This document shows positions 55,158 to 63,499 of a DNA stretch of 64,000 bases, one piece after another. The stretch lies in NCBI GenBank assembly GCA_029562975.1, contig JAKQTR010000016.1, positions 35,887 through 99,886 on the forward strand. Reading direction: 5' to 3'. A program made the translations under genes and the position numbers. The notes under the pieces are model-generated. The model did no database searches, was not told where the DNA came from, and saw only the letters and a list, made by a program, of their open reading frames with translations. Position 1 is the stretch's first letter, and every line of letters begins with the position of its first letter. Origin of the DNA: Acidobacteriota bacterium. Lineage in GTDB: Bacteria; Acidobacteriota; Vicinamibacteria; Vicinamibacterales; JAKQTR01.

Positions 55158-56579
55158 TCACGCCCGGCGGGGCGGCGCCGCCAGGGTCACGAGCACGGCC
55201 GATCCCATCGCGGCGGCGAACGTCACGGCCATGGCGGTGACGCGAGAATCCAGCCCGGTGGCGATCCAGACGATGGTCGTGAGCAGGCCCACGAGGAGCG
55301 CCGTGACGACGCCGGCGGAGCGGAAGCGGTCCCAGTAGAACGACAGCAGAACTGCCGGCGCGAACGAGCAACCGATGCCGGCCCAGGCGTAGCTGACGAT
55401 CGAGTAGATGAGCTTCTCGGTCGTCAGGGCGAGCACGAGGCTGAGCACGCCGATCGCCAGCGTCGTGCCGCGGGAGACGTTCAGCAGGGCGCGATCGGAC
55501 ACCCGCCCCCGGCGGATGATGCCCTTGTAGGCGTCCTGGCTGACCGCGGTTCCCGCCACGATGAGCATGCTTTCGGCGGTCGACACCATGGCCGCGACCG
55601 CGCCGGCGAGGAGGACGCCCGCCAGCCAGCCCGGGAAGAGCGCGGTCAACGCGAACGGCAGCACCAGCTCGGCGTCGCCGATGGCCTTCGGCCCGAACAG
55701 GGCGAGGGCGCAGAGGCCGATCATCACCGCTCCGGTGTAGGCCGCGACCGTCCAGGCCACGGCGATGTTCCGGCCGATCCGCACCTGACGGTCGTCCCGC
55801 ATCCCCATGAAACGGGCGTTCAGCTGCGGCTGCCCCCCGAGGTAGCCGAAGAACCATGCGAAGTTGTTGAAGATGAGGATCCCGGCGGCGAAGCCGGCCG
55901 CCCCGCCCGTCAGCGAGCCCATGCCCGGGCCCGCCGCCTCGAGGGCCTGCCCGATCGACACCGGCCCCGCCAGCACCTTCGCGAGCATGACGATGGGCGT
56001 GACGATGAGCGTCAGGATCATCAGGACGGCCTGGAAGGCGTCCACCGCCACGACGCTGATGAACCCGCCGAAACTCGCGTACGTCATGATGACGGCCGCG
56101 CACAGCACCTGCCCCCAGATGGCTGGCAGGCCGAACGTCTCCTGGATGGTCTTCCCCGCTCCGGCGAACTGCGCGCCCACGTAGAAGATGAAGAAGAACG
56201 CGATGATCAGCGTCGAGAGCACCCGGATGGTGTTGGCTTTCTCGGGGAATTTCGCGGAGAAGTACTCGGGCATCGTCATGGCGCGGTAGCGCGCGGCCTC
56301 GCTCCTGAACTTGCGCGCCAGCACGAGCCACGCGGTCGTGATGCCGCTGAGGCAGCCGACGCCGATCCAGACGCCGGACAGGCCGTGTGCGTAGATGAAC
56401 CCGGTGAAGCCCAGCAGGAGCCAGGCCGACTCTCCCGTTGCCCGCTCCGACAGCGCGAGCATCCATCCCGGCAGCCGCGAGCTGCCGAGCACGAAGTCGG
56501 CCTGCGACTTGGTCCGGCGCCCCTGCCAGAACCCCAGGGTCAGCGTGACGAGCAGGTACGCGATGAAGATCCAGAGCAT
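55158..56579 (-). CDS. Sodium:solute symporter, PutP (sodium/proline)-like
   Basis: Track ORF of 473 aa. FVLGSSRLPGWMLALSERATGESAWLLLGFTG and TMPEYFSAKF align by eye with PutP-type SSS proteins. Confidence 0.85.
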   Translation of the reverse strand: MLWIFIAYLLVTLTLGFWQGRRTKSQADFVLGSSRLPGWMLALSERATGESAWLLLGFTGFIYAHGLSGVWIGVGCLSGITTAWLVLARKFRSEAARYRAMTMPEYFSAKFPEKANTIRVLSTLIIAFFFIFYVGAQFAGAGKTIQETFGLPAIWGQVLCAAVIMTYASFGGFISVVAVDAFQAVLMILTLIVTPIVMLAKVLAGPVSIGQALEAAGPGMGSLTGGAAGFAAGILIFNNFAWFFGYLGGQPQLNARFMGMRDDRQVRIGRNIAVAWTVAAYTGAVMIGLCALALFGPKAIGDAELVLPFALTALFPGWLAGVLLAGAVAAMVSTAESMLIVAGTAVSQDAYKGIIRRGRVSDRALLNVSRGTTLAIGVLSLVLALTTEKLIYSIVSYAWAGIGCSFAPAVLLSFYWDRFRSAGVVTALLVGLLTTIVWIATGLDSRVTAMAVTFAAAMGSAVLVTLAAPPRRA

Positions 56580-56624
56580 CGGCCGGTCTCCTCCCGCCGC
56601 GGGCGCGGCAACGCTAGCACAGAC

Positions 56625-56630
56625 TACAAT
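56625..56630 (+). promoter_or_regulatory. -10-like hexamer TACAAT upstream of the 5'-nucleotidase gene
   Basis: TACAAT lies 20 nt upstream of GTG 56651, with GAGG between as a possible SD. Confidence 0.3.
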
Positions 56631-56650
56631 AGGGCACGAGGTACCTGGAC

Positions 56651-58198
56651 GTGACGAAACGCCTGATTGCCGCCGCCTGCATCCTGGCCCTGGCCCTTCC
56701 GGCTGCCGCCCTGGCGCAGCCGGGAGCCACGGCGCGCCTGACCATCCTCCATACGAACGACACGCACGGCCACCTGCTGCCGTTCAGCTATCCGACAATC
56801 GTGCCGGCCGGCTCGGAACTGGCCGGCCTCGCGGTCCGCCGGGACATTGGCGGCATCGCGCGGCGCGCGTCGCTCGCGCAGAAGATCCGGACGGAGCAGA
56901 AGGGCCGCGGCATTCCCGTCTGGCTGGTGGACGTCGGAGACTACTCCGACGGGACGCCCTTCTCGACGGAGTACCACGGCGAGGCGGACGTCGCGGCCAT
57001 GAACGCGGCGGGCTACGACTTCGCGACGCTCGGCAACCACGAGTTCAACAACACCTTCGCGCAGCTCCAGAAGCTGCTGGCGCAGACCAAGCACCCGGTT
57101 CTGCTGGCCAACGCCGTCGAGCGGGCCACGCGCAAGCCGATCACCCAGGCGTGGCGCGTGGAGAAGCTGGGGGCGCTGCGCGTCGGGCTCTTCGGGCTGG
57201 TGTCAAAGGACACCGCGTCCTATCCGGCGGCGAAGGAAGCGGTCGAGATCCTCGATCCGCTGGCGACGGCGCCGGGGATCGTGGAGACGCTGCGGAAACA
57301 GGCGGACATCGTCATCCTGCTCTCGCACTGCGGCAATGACGCGGACGAGAGGATCGCGGCGGAAGTGCCCGGCATCGACGTCATCGTGGGCGGCCACTCG
57401 CACTCCCGCCTGCCCACGGGCGAGTTCGTCTGGCGCGGCGACGAGCTGAGCCAGGACGACGTGAACGGCACGATCATCGTCCAGGCGCACCAGTGGGGCG
57501 GGGAGCTCGGCCGTCTCGACCTGCTGTTCCGGAAAGACGCCAAGGGCGTGTGGCGCGTGAGCCGCTACCGGTCGCGCCTGCTCCCGATCACGCCGGACGT
57601 GCCCGCCGAGCCGATGGTGGCGGGCGTCGTCGAGAAGTTCTGGCAGCCGATCGCGCCGCGGTTCGCCGGCGTCGTCGCGGTCGCGGCCGAGGACTTCAGC
57701 AGCCGCGGCGACGACGACACGCCCTACCACCTGGTGGCGGACGCGGTGCGGGAGACCTTCCGGACGGAGATCGATCTGGAGAACACGGGGGGCGTGCGGT
57801 CGCCCCTCGTCAAGGGGAACGTCACGAAGGCTGACCTGGTGGCGCTGGATCCCTTCGACAACACCGTGATCCTCTTCAAGGCGACGGGCGCGGAGATCAA
57901 GAGCATCCTCACCCGCTACGTGCCCTATGCGTCCGGGCTCCGCTACCGGATCGTCGAAGGCCAGCTGGTCGAGGCGACCATCGGCGGCGCGCCCATCGAC
58001 GATGCCCGGATCTACACCGGCTCGACGAACTCGTACTTCGCGGGGTTCGCGCTGCGCGGCATCACGCAGGAGAACACGACGCGCACGCGCCTGGAGGTCC
58101 TGACGTCCTACCTGCAGGAGAAGGGCACGGTGACGCCCGCCTACGACGGCCGGCGCGTCATCATCGGACGGCGGCCCCGGGAAGGGACGCAGCCGTAG
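56651..58198 (+). CDS. Bifunctional metallophosphatase/5'-nucleotidase (UshA-like), secreted
   Basis: Track ORF of 515 aa with a GTG start and a signal peptide. Metallophosphatase motifs ILHTNDTHGH, DVGDY, GNHEF and GGHSH. C-terminal 5'-nucleotidase domain. Confidence 0.9.
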   Translation: MTKRLIAAACILALALPAAALAQPGATARLTILHTNDTHGHLLPFSYPTIVPAGSELAGLAVRRDIGGIARRASLAQKIRTEQKGRGIPVWLVDVGDYSDGTPFSTEYHGEADVAAMNAAGYDFATLGNHEFNNTFAQLQKLLAQTKHPVLLANAVERATRKPITQAWRVEKLGALRVGLFGLVSKDTASYPAAKEAVEILDPLATAPGIVETLRKQADIVILLSHCGNDADERIAAEVPGIDVIVGGHSHSRLPTGEFVWRGDELSQDDVNGTIIVQAHQWGGELGRLDLLFRKDAKGVWRVSRYRSRLLPITPDVPAEPMVAGVVEKFWQPIAPRFAGVVAVAAEDFSSRGDDDTPYHLVADAVRETFRTEIDLENTGGVRSPLVKGNVTKADLVALDPFDNTVILFKATGAEIKSILTRYVPYASGLRYRIVEGQLVEATIGGAPIDDARIYTGSTNSYFAGFALRGITQENTTRTRLEVLTSYLQEKGTVTPAYDGRRVIIGRRPREGTQP

Positions 58199-58274
58199 CG
58201 GGCTGCACGGCCGGCGTCACGCAGGCGGCGACCGGCCCTCGTGCGCCGCGGATCGGATCGAGCTGGCGGCCGGG

Positions 58275-60410
58275 CTAGAGCAGCAGCAGCGCTGCGGCGA
58301 GGAGCCCCGTCACCAGGGCCGCCCCATCGATGCCGACGGCCGGCACGAGGAACAGCGTGACAAGTACCGCGCCGGCCGCGCCGCCGGCGACGTCGGCGGC
58401 GTACAGCGACGACGCTCCGCCCAGGCGTTCGCCGGGCCAGTGCGCCGCCGCGGCCGAAAAGCAGGCGCCGACGGCCGCCCCTGTTCCGGCGAGCATGAGG
58501 CTGGTCCACGCCAGTCCGGCCATGGCCGGCACGCGGGTGGAGAGCCCGGCGACGACGGCACTGGCGAGCAGCGCCGTTGCCGGAGCGCGCGGCGTCCAGG
58601 GCAACGCCTCGCCTGGTTTCCCCCCGCGCGGGCGCGGGACGGCCCAACTGCCCGCCGCGAGCCCGCCCATGAAGCACGTCAGGAGCCAGCCGACGGCCTG
58701 GTACACGGTGCCGTTGGCCACCTGGTACTGGAGCAGGAGAACCGTCTCGAGGACCATTCCCGCAAACCCCGCACCGGCGAGCAGCAGGACGAGCCGGCCC
58801 CGGGGGCGCCGGCGCGCCCATACCACACCGCCAAGCACGACGGCCACCGCGGCGGCCACGGCCCAGCGGATCGGGCGCCCGCCAGGCGGGGACGCCGCCG
58901 CGAGCGCGGGACAGAACCTCGCCAGCCACAGTGCGGCGGCGTACTGGTAGCAGGCCGGGGCCGCGTCCCGGTTCGGCGCAACCAGGTGCAGCGAGGCCAG
59001 GAGGCGCCGCACCTGGCTCCTGCGGTCATTGTCGTAGAGGTAGCGCACATACGGCGGCGTCATCTGCCGAGGCTGCACGCCCCGGTCTGCGAGGCGCCTG
59101 GAGAGGGTCCCCGGGTCCGAGGCGAGCGGGGCCGCGGAGGCGAAGAGGTACAGCGTGGCGCCCGGCAGGACGTCCACGTGCGGGAACTCGCGGCGCAGCG
59201 CGTTGACGATGCTGGCGGTGCGCCGGGCCAGAGGCCACGGCCAGACGTTCTCCGACGCAGCGAGCCTCAGGGCCAGGACGCCCCCCGGCGCGAGGCTTCC
59301 GGCGCACGTGCGGAAGAACTCCCGCGTGTAGAACCGGCTGGCGGCTCCGGATGCGGGCTCGCCCGCCGCAATGAGGATGAGATCGTAGGCGCCGCCGCGC
59401 GCGAGGTGGACGCGCGGCTCTGCAAAGATGACGCGGTGGGCCGCGGCGACCGGCCCGCTGCGCCCGAGCGGTCCCGGAACGTGCGCGCGGACGAGGCGAT
59501 ACGCGCGCGCATCGGTCTCGACGTCGTCGACGGCGAGCCGCTGGTCCGCGGCGAGCGCCGCGGCCACACCCTCGGCGCCGCCTCCCACGACGAGCGCCCG
59601 CCGCGGGCTGGCGTGCTGCGCGGCCGCGATGTCCGCGAACGCCTCGGCGCTGGTGCCTTCGCTCTCGAATGCCAGCGCGCCGTTCTCGAAGACGGCCACC
59701 TGGCCGTGGGCGCTCGTGACCACGACTCGCGCGTACGGCGTGTCTGCCGCGTCCACGAGCGCCGGATGCGTCCACCTGGCGAGGCGGGCGTCCCAGGGGC
59801 CGGCGCGCGGAAGCGCAACAGCCCCAGCCGCCGCGATCGCGGCCAGCGCGGCGGCGGCGGCGGGGCGCCGCATCACGGCGATCGCGGCGGCGGCGAACGC
59901 GAGAGCCGCAGCGACCATCGCCACGGCGAACGTCGGAACGCCGAGCCACATCGCTGCCGTCACGAGCGCCCCGCCCGCCGCGGCGCCGGCGCTCTCGATC
60001 GCGTAGGCACGGCCCACGCTGCGGCTCCGGCGGCCTCCGGCCGCCGCGAGCGGCGGAAACAGCGCGCCGCAGGCGGCAGCCGCAGGAAGCGTGGCCGCCC
60101 CGATCAGCAGGACCTGCGCGGGAAACGGCAGGTAGGCTCCAGGCATGGCGCCGAGGATCCGGTCGGCCGCGCGGACGAGGACGAGCCCTGCCGGCACGAA
60201 CACGCCCAGGGCCAGGAAGCCGGCGGCGAGAACCCGAGGCCGCGCCGCGGCGCGCGCCGCGGCCCACGAGCCTGCCGCGGTGCCGACGAGCCACGTCCCG
60301 AGCGCAAGCACGTAGAGGAGTTCGACCCCGAACAGCGCCGACACGAGCTCCCGCAGGATCACGACCTGCGCCAGCATCGACAGCACGCCGGCGAGGACGA
60401 GCAGGGTCAC
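58275..60410 (-). CDS. Polytopic membrane protein with central spermidine-synthase-like (class I SAM/dcSAM-binding) domain (fused MFS-like/spermidine synthase type)
   Basis: Track ORF of 711 aa with a GTG start in a GTGA overlap with the upstream stop. An N-terminal block of helices spans about aa 1-200. The core carries ALVVGGGAEGVAAAL and YDLILIAAGEPASGAASRFYTREFFRTCAGSLAPGGVLAL. A second helix block spans about aa 500-711. Confidence 0.75.
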   Translation of the reverse strand: MTLLVLAGVLSMLAQVVILRELVSALFGVELLYVLALGTWLVGTAAGSWAAARAAARPRVLAAGFLALGVFVPAGLVLVRAADRILGAMPGAYLPFPAQVLLIGAATLPAAAACGALFPPLAAAGGRRSRSVGRAYAIESAGAAAGGALVTAAMWLGVPTFAVAMVAAALAFAAAAIAVMRRPAAAAALAAIAAAGAVALPRAGPWDARLARWTHPALVDAADTPYARVVVTSAHGQVAVFENGALAFESEGTSAEAFADIAAAQHASPRRALVVGGGAEGVAAALAADQRLAVDDVETDARAYRLVRAHVPGPLGRSGPVAAAHRVIFAEPRVHLARGGAYDLILIAAGEPASGAASRFYTREFFRTCAGSLAPGGVLALRLAASENVWPWPLARRTASIVNALRREFPHVDVLPGATLYLFASAAPLASDPGTLSRRLADRGVQPRQMTPPYVRYLYDNDRRSQVRRLLASLHLVAPNRDAAPACYQYAAALWLARFCPALAAASPPGGRPIRWAVAAAVAVVLGGVVWARRRPRGRLVLLLAGAGFAGMVLETVLLLQYQVANGTVYQAVGWLLTCFMGGLAAGSWAVPRPRGGKPGEALPWTPRAPATALLASAVVAGLSTRVPAMAGLAWTSLMLAGTGAAVGACFSAAAAHWPGERLGGASSLYAADVAGGAAGAVLVTLFLVPAVGIDGAALVTGLLAAALLLL

Positions 60411-61942
60411 TTGAACGCGGACTCAGAGAACACGTCCGCCTGGAACGTCAGGAGCGACGCGTTCTTCCCCCGCCACGCGCGCGGCCGAAGCCCCGCCTTC
60501 TCCGCGAGGCGATCGAGCAGTTCCTCGCGCCCCCATCCCTGCTCGGTCGCCACCTGCGGAAGGAACACGGCCGACCGGTCCCCGACCCGCAGGATGACGC
60601 CGTCGCGCCCCGGGACGACGTCGCCGGGGCTGGCGACGGGGACGGGCGGCGTCAGCACCGACACCTCGAACTCGAGATCCTTCAGCTCGCTGCGGTGGAC
60701 CGGCTGGAACCGCGTGTCCTTCAACGCCGATTCGAGGCCGAGCCTGGCGACGAGCCCGATCAGCGGGCCTTCGGGCTGAATGCGGCCGATGCACCCGCGC
60801 AGTTCGCCGCGCTTCCGGATCGTGACGAACGCGCCGGCCTCGCGCAGCAGCTTCGGCGAGCCGCCCCTGGGCAGCGGCAGCGTGTCGGTCTCGAGCAGCC
60901 TCGTGAGCGATTCGCGCGCGAGACGGAGGAGCACGCGCTTGTCGGCCGCGTCGAGGCTGCCGCGCGGGTCGGCCGGCGGACGCGCCAGGGCGGTGATGTC
61001 CGCACCCGGCTCGCCCCGGCCGAACACCACCGCGCCGTACCCGACGACGCGGTCGGGGTCGCCGACGATCGTGTCGCCGGAGCTGGCGTAGCTGATCACC
61101 GTGCCGCGCAGGGCGCCGAGCGCGCGCGCCGCTTCCATCGCCACCCTGATCGGCCCCTCGCCGCAGGCGCAGGTCGAGACGCCGGGCATCTGCAGCGTCA
61201 CGGCGCGCGCGGGCGAGCTGTCGAAGCCATCCGTCCTCAGGTTGGCGAGGGCCTCCAGCGTCTGGCGGTCGACGCCGGCGGCGATGCCTTTCGCCGGATA
61301 GTGCGACAGGTCCGAGCTGGCCACGATGAGCAGCCTGCGGGCTCCGGCGAGCGACGCCAGCGCCTTCCCGAACCGGCGGCACGAGTCTGGGTCGGGCGCG
61401 CCGACCACGACCGGGACGATCGACGCCTTCGGGAAGAGGTGCTGCACGAACGGCACCTGCACCTCCACCGAGTGCTCGCCGCGATGGAGGCTGGAGTCGA
61501 AGACGCCGCCGCCCTCCTTCACGAGGGCCGCGGCGAGGTCCCGGTCGACGGGCGCGGTGCCGAGGGGCGTCCGGTACCCGGCTCCGTCATACACCGAGAC
61601 GCGGCGGAACGAGGCGTTCGTGTGGTTCGTTCCCAGGATGACGACCGTTTCGATCTGGAGGCCGGCAGCCTGGCGGTATGCGTCGGCCGCGATCTGGCCC
61701 GAATACACGTAGCCGGCATGCGGCACGACGAGCGCGACAGGCTCGGCGACTCTCGGCGGCAGCGCGTCCGCGAAGAAGCCCTCGAGCGCCGCCCGCAGGG
61801 TCCTGGCGTCCGCGGGGTAGAACCCCCCGGCAACGGCAGGGGCTCGAATCGCCTGCCCACTGCCGGCCGGATGGGCAGCCGCGCCCGACGCAGCAACGAG
61901 CGCCAGCAGCACGAGAACGGCGGCGGCACCGTGTGTTCGCAT
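60407..61942 (-). CDS. AmmeMemoRadiSam system protein B (Memo-like) fused to protein A (AMMECR1 domain), with N-terminal signal peptide
   Basis: Track ORF of 511 aa.
- Memo half: AGGFYPAD, VVPHAGYVYSG, GTNH, SSDLSHY, TCACGEGP.
- AMMECR1 half: GAFVTIRKRGELRGCIG, FEVSVLTPP, FLPQVATEQGW.
- N-terminus: MRTHGAAAVLVLLALVAASGAAAHP. Confidence 0.85.
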   Translation of the reverse strand: MRTHGAAAVLVLLALVAASGAAAHPAGSGQAIRAPAVAGGFYPADARTLRAALEGFFADALPPRVAEPVALVVPHAGYVYSGQIAADAYRQAAGLQIETVVILGTNHTNASFRRVSVYDGAGYRTPLGTAPVDRDLAAALVKEGGGVFDSSLHRGEHSVEVQVPFVQHLFPKASIVPVVVGAPDPDSCRRFGKALASLAGARRLLIVASSDLSHYPAKGIAAGVDRQTLEALANLRTDGFDSSPARAVTLQMPGVSTCACGEGPIRVAMEAARALGALRGTVISYASSGDTIVGDPDRVVGYGAVVFGRGEPGADITALARPPADPRGSLDAADKRVLLRLARESLTRLLETDTLPLPRGGSPKLLREAGAFVTIRKRGELRGCIGRIQPEGPLIGLVARLGLESALKDTRFQPVHRSELKDLEFEVSVLTPPVPVASPGDVVPGRDGVILRVGDRSAVFLPQVATEQGWGREELLDRLAEKAGLRPRAWRGKNASLLTFQADVFSESAFK

Positions 61943-61978
61943 CCCTTCGCCCCTGCCAGGCGCGCGCGGCGCCCGGCG

Positions 61979-63145
61979 TTACGCCCAGACCCCCGCCACC
62001 GCAGAGCCGCACGCAGCGCAGCGGCCGTTCAGCAGCTTCGTCTCGAGCACGAAGAAGTCCTCCCGCGCGATGACGCGGGCGCCGCACGTGGGGCAGTAGG
62101 TGTGGTTGCCCGGATGGCCGGGCACGTTGCCCACGTACGCGTAGCGGATGCCCCGGTCCATGGCCAGCGACCGCGCGCGCGCGAGCGTGGCCACCGGCGT
62201 GGGGGCCAGATTCCGCAACTGGTAGTTGGGGAAGAACCGCGTGAAGTGCACGGGCACGTCAGGGCCCAGCTCTCCCATCACCCAGTCGGCCAGCCCGCGC
62301 AGCGAAGCGTCCGAATCGTTGAGGGTGGGCACCACGAGATTCACGATCTCGAGGTGGCGCCCGGAGCGGCGGACCTGCCTGATGCTCCGCAGCACCGGGG
62401 CGAGCGCCGCGCCCGAGACGGCGCGATAGAAGGCGTCGCTGAATCCCTTGAGATCGATCTTGATGGCGTCGAACGCGCGGCAGAAATCCGCGAGCGGCCG
62501 CTCGTTCATGTAGCCGCAGCTCACCATCGCCAGACGCAGGCCCCGCAGCCTGGCGGCTTCGGCGATGTCGAGCGCGTACTCGGCGAACACCGTCGGCTCG
62601 TTGTAGGTCACGGCGATGACAGGTGCGCCCCGGCTCTCGGCCGAGCGGACGACGTCCTCCGCGCTCGTGAAGGCCGAACCGTAGTCGCCGGGCCTGGCCT
62701 GCGAGATCTCCCAGTTCTGGCAGAACTTGCACTGCAGCGGACAGCCGACTGTCCCCAGGGAGTACGCGGAACGTCCGGGCAGGAAGTGGTAGAAGGGTTT
62801 CTTTTCGATGGGATCGACGTGCACGGCCGCAGGCCGGCCGTAGACGAGGCTGCGCAGCTCGCCATTCACGTTGGCGCGGGCGCCGCAACGCCCGCTTCCG
62901 CCCGCCTTGATCGCGCAGTTCCGTGCGCACAGCTGGCACAGCACGCCCTGGGGGTCGTGCACGTGTGCGCGGTCGAGGGCGCCGGCGGAAGGGTGGCACG
63001 TCCGGCAGGCCGGCCCCGCAGACGCCCCCGACACCCAGTACTTCGCGCGCGGGGCCTGAACGGCCTCGCCCGGTGCGCCCGGCGGCCAAAGCGACGCCGG
63101 CACGGCGCAAGCCAGGGTTCGCAGGAACGCTCGTCGAGTCGCCAT
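61979..63145 (-). CDS. AmmeMemoRadiSam system radical SAM enzyme with twin-arginine-type N-terminus
   Basis: Track ORF of 388 aa. CX3CX2C appears as GCPLQCKFCQNWE. The N-terminal Cys cluster is KYW...CRTCH...CQLCARNCAIKAGGSGRCGAR and the C-terminal ribbon is CPTCGARV...GRCAACG. The N-terminus is MATRRAFLRTLACAVPASLW. Confidence 0.9.
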   Translation of the reverse strand: MATRRAFLRTLACAVPASLWPPGAPGEAVQAPRAKYWVSGASAGPACRTCHPSAGALDRAHVHDPQGVLCQLCARNCAIKAGGSGRCGARANVNGELRSLVYGRPAAVHVDPIEKKPFYHFLPGRSAYSLGTVGCPLQCKFCQNWEISQARPGDYGSAFTSAEDVVRSAESRGAPVIAVTYNEPTVFAEYALDIAEAARLRGLRLAMVSCGYMNERPLADFCRAFDAIKIDLKGFSDAFYRAVSGAALAPVLRSIRQVRRSGRHLEIVNLVVPTLNDSDASLRGLADWVMGELGPDVPVHFTRFFPNYQLRNLAPTPVATLARARSLAMDRGIRYAYVGNVPGHPGNHTYCPTCGARVIAREDFFVLETKLLNGRCAACGSAVAGVWA

Positions 63146-63499
63146 GCGCAGCCGGAATGCCTCCGAGCCCGATCCTACCTCCGTCCGAGCCGGTTCGCAT
63201 CCGCGACGTTCGACGGCGGCGGGCCCTCCTCACACGTCCCCCCGGCGCCGTCTCCGGAACGGGCACGGCAACGCTTCCCTCTGCGCGGAGCTGACAGGAC
63301 ATCGCGGGCGCCGGATCGCGTTCCATCGCGGCTTCGTCCGCGGAAGTGCCCGACCGGTCCGCGTTCGCGCCGACCAGAGTCGCGCTGCGGGCACAGGTGT
63401 CGGACGACTCGCAGCCGCCGCGGCGGCGGGAGCGGCCGCCAGGCGCGGTGTGGCTCCAGAGGGTCGCCGGCGCCCGGCTGCGCGCTGACCCTCGCGCCG

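Noticed and set aside
63146-63499. A 354-nt spacer upstream of the radical SAM gene, inspected for a small precursor-peptide ORF as in RiPP systems.
   Set aside because: All three minus-strand frames were read. Only R/G/P-rich fragments appear (for example MERDPAPAMSCQLRAEG…, which runs into the radical SAM gene out of frame). There is no SD-preceded small ORF.
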